The notes below the pieces were generated by a model, which was not told where the DNA came from, did no database searches, and saw only the letters and a list, made by a program, of their open reading frames with translations. 64,000 nucleotides of DNA from contig DF237366.1 in NCBI GenBank assembly GCA_000708835.1, positions 1 through 64,000 of the forward strand. Direction: 5' to 3'. Numbering within the stretch: position 1 is the stretch's first letter; every line of letters starts with the position of its first letter. The translations under genes and the position numbers were made by a program. Source of the stretch: Klebsormidium nitens (lineage: Eukaryota > Plantae > Klebsormidiophyceae). Below are positions 11,789 to 23,393 of this stretch, in pieces.

Positions 11789-12483
11789 GGAAGACTTCGT
11801 ACATTGATCCGACCCAAGCCTGGGGCCATATTTGCGACGTATCTGCAGTCACTTCATGAATTTGTGACACTGTATTGCATGGGCGAGTCACATGTGGTGC
11901 GCATGCAGCATATATGCGTCACAAGTTGTACACACTTGTAATTAGTAAGCATATATATGCTGCACCTAGGGATCCTCAGCCTTACGCGTCGAATATTGTA
12001 TAGGATGAGAAACTATAGCTTTCATGACGGTGAGACATCGAATGCACAGGTACTATGTATAATTCGTGGCCGGATCAATCGCATAGATAGGGGGCCCGTA
12101 TACTGAGCCGCAAAAGCGATGACGACGTTCTAGTTTCGGATAGACTCTGGTCGCTCACTGACTAGTAACTCCGTTAGGTTAATGTATAGAACTAGTTGAC
12201 ATAGGTTCACGAATTTCAAAACATTTGTGTGCCATGTGAACTCAGTACAACGAAAGGGCAAACGCCAGTACACAAGTCTTAGCAAAGCAAAGCAGCAGGA
12301 GATAGGCGGCACTGTCCAACTCAATTACACTGTCAAAACTCAAGCCTACTCGACAAGTATCCTCTTAGCATAGCAGAACCTAGAAGTGTTAGTAGCTCAA
12401 ACTACTAATTATCTTCGCAAGGCAGCTCATCGCAGATGGTATATTCAGATCCTTCGTTTGCAATACGCCGTGGTCCGCTGTCG

Positions 12484-15400
12484 TCACAGGGCATGTCCTT
12501 GCTGAACAGACATCTCTTCGTCACGCCGCTCATCAGCGTCCAGAAGCGCAAGTCCGTTTGCCTCGACCTTTGCCAGCACACTGTCTTTTGGCTCAACCTC
12601 TGCTGGAACGAGAGCGTCCACTGTGACCTCCGAGGTATTCGCCTCAACCTCCAGTTGTGCCCTTTCCGAAGCACTCTCTCCACCTTGCGGCTCTTCGTTC
12701 GGGTCTGCACTCATCTCCGACCTCGCTGGCGGCTCCTTACTAGGCTCATCACCGTTAGCTGTCGAATCAGCGCCCAGCTTTGCCGCCTTGTCATCTGTCG
12801 TTCCAGTCCCTGCCATTTCGGCAGGCGTGCTACTTGTGATGGTCCCTCCTGTCTGCTGCTTCTCGTCGGCTGCAGCCTCCCTCGTCACCTTCGGGTGCAA
12901 CACCTTGCTCGGTGTCACTTTCGCGCCTGGACTCAACCTGCTTTTTGCGGCGCTTGCAGACACAGGCCTGGCCACTCCCCGAGGACTCAACGTGCTGGCA
13001 GTCCTGGGGCTGGCCACCCGCCGAGAAGTTGGGGTGCCGGGCGTCCCGGGGCTGGTCACCCCCGCCTTACTCGCAGACAGGGGCCGGGATCCTTGCCTCG
13101 TGACTACTCCAGCTTGGGAACTTGCGCCCGAGGGGCTGGCCATTGCTGCCGCAGGGGAGGACGGCTTTCCAGCCGCTCCCGAGGTGTCGCTGCTCCGGCG
13201 GGTGGAGACCTTTGCAACAGCAGTGCCAGCAGGACGGGGAGAGGCCGGAGTGCTTCCACCCTGGCCTGGGGCCTTCTTTGACATGGGGGAGGGGGTCTTG
13301 CCAACTCTGGGTGACCCGGTTCTGAGGGGTGCTGGCTTGGTCAGCCTCGGGGTCACAGCTTTGGCGGGGGTGGGTGACGGCTTGGGTGACGGGGTCGCGG
13401 GCTTGCTCAGCCTGGGAGAAGGCGTTTTGACGGAGCTTGGAGACGCAGGTTTGACGGGGCGAGGAGACGCGGCCTTGGCAAGGCCTGCGGAGGAGGGTCT
13501 GGGAGGGCCTGGCGAGGCGGTTCTGTTGACCCGAGGGGAGGGCGGCTTGCCGGTCAGTGGGGAGGCGGGCTTGCTGGCGGGGCGGGAAGATGGCTGGGAG
13601 GTCCCGGAAGCCGCACCAGGGGTTGCACTGGGCCCCTTGTCGGAAGTGGCCGTGGTGCTGCCATCCTCCGAGCCAGTTGAGTGGCGCCGCTTAGGACCAA
13701 GGACAGGCGCACGCGGCGTCGTTCTTGGGCTCTGCAAGAGAGGGGTAAATCATAAGACCCTAATACGCGAAAAGGCGGACAGTCTAAGAACCACGAACAA
13801 ATTTGGAATGACCTTCACAGGCAGCCACAGTACAACGACGTTAGTTTCGACGCTTAAAACAAGGACAGCGCTCACCATTGACCACCTTCGATTAAATGGG
13901 TTCTTCTTTGGCAAAAGAAGCGGCGGCACCAGCGACACTCAAGATGATATTGAGACAGTAAATCTTTGGCCCTCACGGGAGTGCATTGCTGCAGTAAGTA
14001 GGGAGGGACGGTACGCGAAAGCAGAACGCACCTGTCCCAGTGTCGGCTTGAAGACCTTGGCATCTGGTGTGAGTTTAGCAGGTGTCGCTTTGAAAGAGGC
14101 GCTGCGCCTCACTTGCTTCTCCTCCTTGTCCACCTCTTTCTGCAAACGGGGTACACCATGTAGGTTTCAAGCGCAATCTGACCGGACGAAGAGCGGAGCA
14201 TGCGAGGGACTTCACAAAAGTCTGGTCGAGCGCAGTGCTTGGTATTGGTCCAATCGGGCCTCGAAGTAAGCTAGCGAAGGAAATCCAAGGACGATCTCAG
14301 AGTTGATTGCTTGCCGCGGCAGAGCCTCGCCTGATCGGTGATCTGCTGACGCCTTCTCCTCAAAAAACAGGAGCTTGTACCCAGAGAATGGCATACCTTC
14401 AATTCCTGCAACATCTTCTCCCGTTCGCCCTCCAACTGCCGCTCCCGATCCTCGACCTGCTTCTTAAACTGCAGAAGTGGAATAATGAACTTCAGTAAAT
14501 CTGAAGGACAGTTCAGTATATCCCCCGACAATCGTCGTCAAGTGGCCGCATACCTCCTTCCCTTTGCGGCAAAACGTGCGAACCATACAAACTTCCCAAA
14601 CTTTGATCACAAAGAACAAGACCATGCTGAGTCCGTCGGGCTTGAAACATATTTTTATAAACAAGGAGACCTCGAAGAAGGAAAGAGAAACACCGTTGCA
14701 TGCCGAACGGAGGGCGCTATCCGTAGAAGCCCAGCAGAGACATTATCGGACCTTAGCCGCTCCGGACCTTGCAGTGCAAGTCCTGAATACAATCAGCGAA
14801 CCTACCTTGTCTCGCCTCTCAGCTCGATCTTCTACGGAGAGCTTGAAAGCTGACGGCTTTGTTGGAGGGGGCACAACACGCGGAGAGGGCGCTACATCCG
14901 GCCTGGGCAGTCAAAAGAGGATCAGTGTCTTGTGCAAACGCTTTGAATCCAGCAGACTCCGAAGGTGCGGCGATGATTGCTGCAGTCACCAGGCAGAACG
15001 GTCTACAAGCTGAGTGGGAGGAACGTACGCACTTGAGGATTGGCCGTGCTTTGAAGCTCCTGGGAGCAGTCTCCTCAGCTTCCTTCGCAGCTATATCTGC
15101 CTTCAACTGCTCCAAAGCTCTTTCGTGACGCCTGCAAGACCCGGAAATTGTCCACTTGGCGTGCTTCAATCATAATGCACGCGAAGGCCAGCTGCTAAAG
15201 ACTTGCAACGCACAGAGTTGCTTGTGGTACTACCGAACCTTCAAAACGGTGTTCTCGCGTCACAAGAGTACAGTTCGCGATTCCAGACGGGTGCTTGCTT
15301 ACTTGAGGCCTTCGAGGTTGAAAGGCTGTGGCGTTGTCTGTGCTTTTCGACCTGTTGAAGACACAACCTGCAGCGAAGGGAATGGTTTGTTAGTGAAGCT

Positions 15401-17630
15401 TCGGGCCCTGCAATCAGCGGGTGCTCGTTCAGATTCTCATTATGCGTTTGAAGGTAGCGAGATGAAACAAGTACTGGTAAGAAGTGGATGTTTTATTTCT
15501 CGATTGAGTTGGTGAACCCCTGCCAGCATGCCTGGTCGAGTGCATCAGCCTCATGGTGCCGTGTCCACTAAAAGTCTGGTCCAAAAACGTTTTTGGCCTC
15601 AAGAGATCCTTCAGCATCTAACCTTGAGGTCTTTGGGAGAAGAGCCAAAAGTGTGGCTCGAGGACCTCGGCCTCCTCTTTGCTGCATCTGGGGGAGTTTG
15701 AACCCCGCCATCTGAGGATCTCCGCGGTCTGCTGTCAAGCGAGAACCGGAATGGCTCTGGCACGGTTACGGTCTGCGAACCAGTAAAATCCTGGGAGGCA
15801 GAAAGTGGTCTGACTGCTGAAGGGGACGCCGTCTGAGGACGTTTCTGAGCTGCGGGGCTTGACTGCAACAGAGGAGAGAAGAGACATGCTTGCGAAGCAC
15901 AGAGATCACAAATCTAAGTGTCAAATTCGTTGAAGCGCCGGAAGAAACGAGCAGTTCCGATGCAAACGGCTCTAGGAGTCAGCATCAGAGATCCGACTGA
16001 GCTTGTAGAAGGTTCATCAGGTGAGCTTGACAGACAGAAATCGTCCTTTCGAACAAGACACCAGCTTTGGCAGTCGGACTAAGAACCGGCCCCTTGTGCA
16101 GTCAACCTGTGCGATAATTGTGCAGGGACATACAGAGAAGGAGACTAAGAGAATTTTATCCACCATTGTTGCTAATGTCACCATAAGGTGCAACCTTAGC
16201 CAGATCAGAGCTTCAAGGTGGCAAGATTGAAACATGACAATCATCCCCTTGAACTCAAGGATTGGATTGCAGCGCTAGTCAGTGACCATTCTCCAAAGCA
16301 TCACAAGGCCCTCGACATGGCGCAAGAGAACTCTCCATTTTGAGAGGGTACCTTCGATTGTGTTGGAGTGACTGATTGGTTCTCTGGTAAGGTGCTCTCA
16401 GCATCCACCAAGCCCGAAACTCCAACTGGCACTGCGGTGGTCGCGATGTTGTCTGGGGCTTGGGCTCCCACAAGGTCTTTTGCATCTTCATACATCATTG
16501 TGCCCGTCCCTTGTCCCTTGCCTGATTGTGTCCCCTGATTTCCCACCCCCACTGCAGCATCACTGTGTCCGTTGCTAGAGATTGCTAGTTGCTCTGTGTC
16601 CTCATCCTGAGTACTTTCCAGCTTCTGCTCAGATTCAGACCGATCTTCAGATCTGGTCCCTCGATGGTGCTCCTCCTGCTGGCTCATTCTGCCAATCTCT
16701 TTCTCAAAGAAGTCCACCTGCAATGGGAGAGCAAGAGCATGTAGCACAAGAAGTCCACCTGCAACAATGTTGAGGGACAGGGTCTACAGCTGGAATCATC
16801 CTTCTCAAACCCCTTGGACCTTGTGATGTCGTCTTATCAGAAAGCATCTGTAGTGCTTGGTAAAAGGTACCACCTTGGCTTTTACACTGACCTCAGATAA
16901 AGCCAGTTTTCAAGGTATTGGAGCTGTAATTGATTGCACTTCTTGTAGCTGAGTCAATATGCCCCTCACCTTCTCTTTGACACTCTTCTCCACAGTCGGC
17001 AAAGCACCTGCCAATGAAAATGATTCTCAAACGAGGTGCTTCATCTGAGCCAGAGTATATCTGCTCAATAAATGATTCCCTTTCTATAAATACTTTCTGT
17101 ATTTGCCTGCAGATTGTGCAATGCCACCATCTATGCCAGGGGACACGACAAAAACACAAATGCCAAAATCCACCGATCGGTTGACTTGCGATGAACACCT
17201 CTGCATTCACAGCTTCTTAAATATCCCCTGTCATGCACCTTCAGACAGCACGTGAATCTTTTGAAGGCATGGCAGACCACTGGCGAGGTGCTCGAACGCT
17301 TTTTAGACAAGTCTAACTCACACAGCAGTTCGATGAATGGTTCCAGTTGCATTCTGTTGTAATTAAGTGAATCTGGTTTGAGATCTTGGTGCAGAAGCAG
17401 CTATGCAAGTCAAAGCAAATCAGGGGAAGGGGCAACAAAGAGATAGGTTAGCCACATCCCCATAGTTGCACTCAGCGAGTCCAAAATTGCGCACCAATTC
17501 CATTGGACTCAAAATAGTTCAGTCTGTCACACCACAGACTAGAAGACCGTCAAAGCTTCTGACTTGCTTGGGCTGAAGCAGTGCTCTAGGCAGCCGCATT
17601 GCACTTACCGGCTGCTTGCTCCACGCTCAT
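12484..17630 (-). CDS. TPX2-domain microtubule-associated protein (TPX2/WVD2-like family) with a long Ser/Pro/Lys-rich tail; 5' exons tentative
   Basis: Exons encode TVTVPEPFRFSLDSR, AQTTPQPFNLEGLK, APRSFKARPILK, TKPSAFKLSVEDRAERRDK, FKKQVEDRERQLEGEREKMLQELK and (14139-14032) KEVDKEEKQVRRSASFKATP, which are TPX2-type motifs. The last exon 13731-12484 has 416 codons. The putative start MSVEQAA at 17630 and the SVKEKVDFFEKEI motif are less certain. Confidence 0.75.
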
Positions 17631-19222
17631 TCCTTTTCCACGTCCTCTCCTAAAAACCACTCTGATATCTAGGAGCTGGCAATCTCCTTTCTCCACAAAA
17701 TACCAGTGACTAGCTCTTAATGAGAGGCAATTGTCGGATTTTTCTTGCCACACCATGTAGACGAGTCCCATTCACAACCATATTTTCAATGCTGCGTATG
17801 AATTTTGAATTGACTCAATCCAACCACCCAGATTTTGCAAATGATGCGTCAGAATCATGAACTCGTGTTTCTCTGTGCCACAGGCCCCTCTTGCTGTATG
17901 AGCGCAAGCAAGCAGAGTACAGCGCTGCACAGCATGCTCTGTACCCCTGCTAACTACACTTCCTGCGCACTGCTGTTCAGTTCCCTGCACAGGATTTCGA
18001 ATTCTAGCTGCAGTCCCCACGCAAATGCCAAGTTGCACAAATGCTGGCAGCTGCACCAGTCGAAATGGGACAGCTTCTTTCTTTGATTTCAGCCTAGCGA
18101 GCCAATGAGATTGCTGCAACCGACCACGTGCTCCAAGAAAGAAGCTCGGTATTTGGCTGGGGCGGTAGCGTAGGACACCTACCACCGTCACGCGTAAAAT
18201 CCTCACGAATTTGAAGAGCTGTCAAGTTGTGAGCTCTGGCAGGGCTCTGGCATTTGAACAAAATTACTAGGACCTACGGTATTGTGGCGTAACTCATGCA
18301 GCCTCTTCTTTAGCCTTAGGCCTGACACCTCTGCTATATAAGGCTGTACATAGCACCTATCATCTACGTAATATGGTGTTGAGTTTGCAACATGACCAGC
18401 TTAAAGTTGCTCACGCAATCGATTGTGAGGATCCAACGCATATTGAACTGGCAAAATTTGGAGATCGTTCTGAAAGGCTTAATGCACCCTCGCGATATGG
18501 TGCTCAATTGTTGTGAAACATGTACGCTATTCGAAATATGAGATGGCATTTCGAAGCATGGCTCTGCTCGGTCCAAAGCATTTGAGAGCAGTCAAGCTAG
18601 TACGTTGACACTCTAACACAAAGATGCGCCCATGTTGTAGCGCCACCATCATGGCATGCGTTCAGACCGCCCTATGGAGATTGTTGTTGTTCTTGATGTT
18701 TTGGATATAAGCTATGCATGTATAACAATAAACCAAATGACAACATGCAGCGCAATCAAGATATTGCAAAAGAGCATTTGACCAACATGTGTTGCACCGA
18801 CCAACGTGCTTGGAAACTCCCAAAATACACTCAAATTCCTTGGCTAGTCAAACCTGGAATATTGACGATGGTAACTTCAAATTTATCAACGCCATTAGCC
18901 ACCATGGCCATAGAGCACGGTCTCCCGCAGACCCAAGATAATTTGTTGACTCTGCAGCTTGCACTACGGCTGCAAGTCATGATGATCACTTTGACATGAT
19001 GTAGACAACGGGCATCCTAAAACACGAATATGTAAAGGAGAGCTCGATCAAGCTTAAGACGAGACCACATTTGACTGTTCGATTGTGCAACGGAACTCTT
19101 GCCGCAGAACAAGGCAATCTACATAGTTCCGTCCTATGATAGAAACTCACAATTGTTATGCATGGAGGCCGGCAGACCGCAGACATGCTTTGTACCCCCA
19201 CCCTTCGAAAATCTCTTGCAAC

Positions 19223-21927
19223 TCATGACTCGCTTGTTGTCGAATCTTCCTCTGGAGGGTCATAAGGCAGCTCGTGCCGGGGTGCATCATATTTCTCCCG
19301 AAGCTGCTTTGTAGGAATGAAATCTCCGTTCGCGTCTTGCCCATAGAAAAGAAGGTACAGGTAAGGATGAGGGAATGGCTCCTGCATCAACAGAATCTAA
19401 GTCAGCCTTCGAAGAAAGTATGCCTCCCCCTCTGATTCTCACAGATTGAAGATCAGTTCTTCTCCGATAATAAGCTCTTCTTGAGCGCGCACGAAGCCAG
19501 CTAGAGTGCACGAACTTCATCTGCGGCTTCACCAAAAGCGTGCTGCCCTGACAATCCGCTCTCACCACTACCGGGCTTCTATCTTCCATCTTCCATTTCT
19601 CCAAGAACCGAAGAACGCAAAACTGGCTAGCTGATTGTCTCACCTCATCCTCTTCCTCCGGAACTTCGACATTTTCCTCGGCGACATAGGCCACCAGCGT
19701 GCTTGGGCTCTGCTGCATGTCCACCAGCACCTGGTAAAAGGGCTGCTGGCGTCCCCGCGGCAAGTTGTCCACCCCGTTCTTCTCCATCCACTCTGACGAC
19801 TCAAAGCACTGCCAGTCCATCCCACAGATTACCCCTCGGTACCCCAACTGTGCATGCCGTATTTTCTGCCCCAACCGAAAGTTAAACTTGACCTCTGTGC
19901 TCGTCAATGTCTGGGCGGTAGCGGCAAGAGCATCCAACTGCACGGACGGAGGTGCAAAAATCAGCTCCTGGCAGTAGCCCCCCTGAAACACTAAAAGCTG
20001 GTCAAAAGAGAAGATACCTTCCTGGACGATGCCAATACCCTTTCAGCAAGCAATCCCCTGTCTAGTCTGGGAGAAGCGAAATTCCTTGTCTCACGGCACA
20101 TCGGACTCAAAAGCCTCTCTACCATTCCTTCGACAGATAGACAAGAGCGTCGACATGCTGAAGGATTCCTCACCTCGATTTTTGACAGCTGTTTCCGAAT
20201 TGCAGCCGCCTGCTCATAATTCTCCTCCTCTACGGCCCTCTGAAGTTCTGAGCGCAACCTCAGCGCTGCAACCGTGGTGTCGGTCACTTCCTCCCGAGGA
20301 CCAGTGCCGGCCCGCTTGGCGCGCCGCTGCTTCTCCAGCTCCTTCTCAATCCCCACAATCTTCTCCCGCAGCTCGCCAGCAGCCTCATACTGCTCCTGAT
20401 TCATTGCCCGCTGCAGACAAAGCACCACCACCAGGATTGAGGGACCGCTGTAGCTACAACGAATGCCTAGAAGGTAGGCTGGCCCACCGCAGAAGGAAGT
20501 ACACAATGAAATGCCAATTGCTACACAGTTGCTCAAGTAGGAAGCCAGCTGACTGTTGATTTCAACCAACGAATCGTTCAACGATTCACAGCACCACTGA
20601 GTATCCGGAAGACCTTGGTCAGACTTGTACCCTTGGCAATGAAAGTCGGTCCTGATGGGCAGTCTTCATTGCAATTTGAACAAGTTCAACATTCTTCAAA
20701 AGTGTGGCTACTCTCAGACATGGTGACGGCAACGCAGTAACGGAAGTGCCTCGCCCCAAAGAAAGGCTTCCCTTTAAGATGCCCAGTGACCAAATTTGTG
20801 CAAAAAGCCACACCATACCCAAAAAAACTGTCGGCATTGTACCCAGAAATGAGCCATTAAGGCATGCAACAGCGCCATTGAAGCACGCAGTGAGCAATGC
20901 CTAAGAATTGAATGTTTGAAAGCGGGCACTGCCACAACGACACAACATCAGCAACTGACATGATTGATTGCTTTGCAGAGAGACACAAGCTTTCAGTAGA
21001 GAATGCTGACGGAATCACAAGCATCTATGCTGTCTCCTCAGCAACAATGAAACCTCTGTTATATTGTCTGTAAGAACAACGTGTCTGGCACAATGGAATT
21101 GCCGGGAGGGACGAACTAGCCGAAAGGGACGAGCAGAAGAATGTTTCCAGCTTACCTGTGCAAAATCACCAGCATCAACAAAACCCTTAGAATTTCCCAT
21201 AGTGATAATTGTGGATGATCATTGACAACAATTGAAGTAAGCTACCTGCCGTCTGGAAGCACAAATCCCCTGCTTATAAGACTAGTGCAAAACTCTGACT
21301 GGCCTAGCAACCCACCTGCAACCTTGTACCCAGGTCCAGCTGGAAGAAGAACAGCAGGAGCTCCTCATTGACCATCTGGCTCTTCTCCTTCGTGGTGAGC
21401 CCATCCCTGGTGGCCCTCCCTTCAGACTCCCCTTCAGATGACTGCGCTCTTGCGCATGTTCTTGCAGGCGGTTTACTCCTATGCACCCCTGAAATGGTCC
21501 GCTGGTGGTTCTGTCCATTGAGGGACTTGTGAGAACCAGAGGCGAAAACAGATGAACGACTTTCCAGAGAAAAGGTGCCCCTCACTTTTAAACATGGGTG
21601 GACAGGGCTTGTAATTGGGGATGCTGAAGGGGAAGAGCTTGGTGAACAACCCCTTGGATCGTAGCTGGCAGCACTTGACAGTTCAGGAACTGTGAAAAAG
21701 GTGAGTGCAGCGCCGGCATTCAGCCTGCCTATTTTTCTGCGGGGTGTGCGGGGAGACGCTTGGATGCCCAATACCGAAGAGCTGCTCGGTGCTTCTGGTA
21801 GACGAAGTTTTGGAAGTTTAAGAGCCACGTGGCTGTACTCAGTGTTGCCGAGTGAGAAGGCTGGCGATGACACCATTCCTCTACTTCCCGCTACTGCCCT
21901 TCCATTGTGGGCAGCCGGGTTATGCAT
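19223..21927 (-). CDS. CLPF: Plastid Clp protease adaptor ClpF (UVR motifs plus YccV/HspQ-like domain), 4 exons
   Basis: Exons 21927 (or 21876)-21316, 20410-20174, 19937-19644 and 19381-19223. Ser-rich transit-peptide-like N-terminus, NEELLLFFFQLDLGTRLQRAMNQEQYEAA, LQRAVEEENYEQAA (UVR), FRLGQKIRH..GYRGVICGMD, QPFYQVLVD, YVAEEN and FPHPYLYLLFYGQD..GDFIP. Confidence 0.92.
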
Positions 21928-23393
21928 CGAACAAGTGGTACCTTCTAACCAGATATCTGCAACTAATAGCAACCTTTCCTCCTGTGTTCAACAATCTTCC
22001 AGGACTTTTGATACTCTCCGTCGCCCGAAGATACTTGTAGGCACAACGTCCGAGTAGTAGCTCAGAACAGTCGAGTATCTGCCAAAAGTGGTGATGCAGC
22101 TCGAGCAAGGGACACTCGTTCTTGCCTACAGAATGGCTTGATTCTGGAAGCCCAAAGCACAAACAACAACGAACCAAGGAGTCAGGAGTCAGGACAAAAG
22201 ACCACGAGAAGGAAGTAAGGACACTTCTACAAAAGCTGACAGTGAGGTGGTCTGACGAGGGCCGAGGACCGAGAAGATGGCAGAGGTGCTCGAAAGCTCC
22301 TGAGTCGTGAGGCTGAACCTTTGATTCTCCTCACACGAACCGTGCAGCCTTCGAGGCTCGAGCCACAAGGTACCTAGGACCTACAGTAGGTACGTACCGG
22401 CGGAGGCATCTGCCGCTTGTCTACGGCACAGGTACCACGGTACCCTCGATGGGTACGGAGGAACACGTGGACATTGTGTACGCAACGTTTTGAGTCTTTG
22501 ACGGCGGCCCGGCGGCCTACTACCGGTATCCAGGTTTCAAAAGTACCCGTCGACAGGAATGGATAAGCACGAACCCGGAACGAGGTTCGCTTCGATTTTG
22601 AAGGACAAGAAGGCGCAACCAATCGCCGAGGTACGGTATCACGCTTTTCGAATCGTTTGGGGCAATAGTGAGAATTCTCTGGGTACGTTACCATACGTGC
22701 ACACGGCTAGACGTTTCTGTATCTTCCCAGAGAAATATCCAACGGTCATGGTGGATATTCTCGCGGCTCTCTTGCCATCGTCCACGTCGACAACATATGA
22801 TGCGGATTCCAGCAACTCTCGGGTTCTTCCGACCATCCGATTGAATCAGAGGGTCAATGGAGGCCGTCGAGAAAGTTGCACGCGAGCGTTGCAGCTACTG
22901 ACGGGCCGTCCGTGACTCAAGCTGAGCAGTGAGCTGGCGGGCGGCTGATCAACAAGTAGAATTATGCGTCCAGTCTGTCTTGAGCTTGTCGAGTCTGAAG
23001 TCAGGTGCATGAAAGATGGAACCATTTAGGTATGTAGGACTTTACATACCTACCTAGGTCACAGTGTTGGCGTAAGTCTAAGATTTATGTCGGTAGAAGT
23101 TCGTTCTCCCTGCTGATCTTCAACTCCATGAACAATGCTCTGTCCAAGCAGCGACTAGGATCTGGCGGAGCACCACAAGCTATACCATCCTCTTTGTGTC
23201 CCTATAACAGAATGAGAGCAGCAGATGGACATTTTGAACGGAATTGGATTCGACCTCGTGAACTGGGAAGGGACTGAGACTGAGAATAAACAGAGCCTGA
23301 TTCCAATGCATAAATTCGTTCAAGCTTCGGCTTTTCTTGTTACGGTCCAGCAACTCGAGCTCGATTTGAGTTTGTAAACACCTGTCAGGGGCA

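Noticed and set aside
12623-14269. 548-aa plus-strand ORF antisense to the TPX2-like gene
   Set aside because: Most of it is the in-register antisense shadow of a GC-rich low-complexity exon. The ~177-codon extension over introns is within chance given the many stop-free intervals in six frames, and there are no recognisable motifs.
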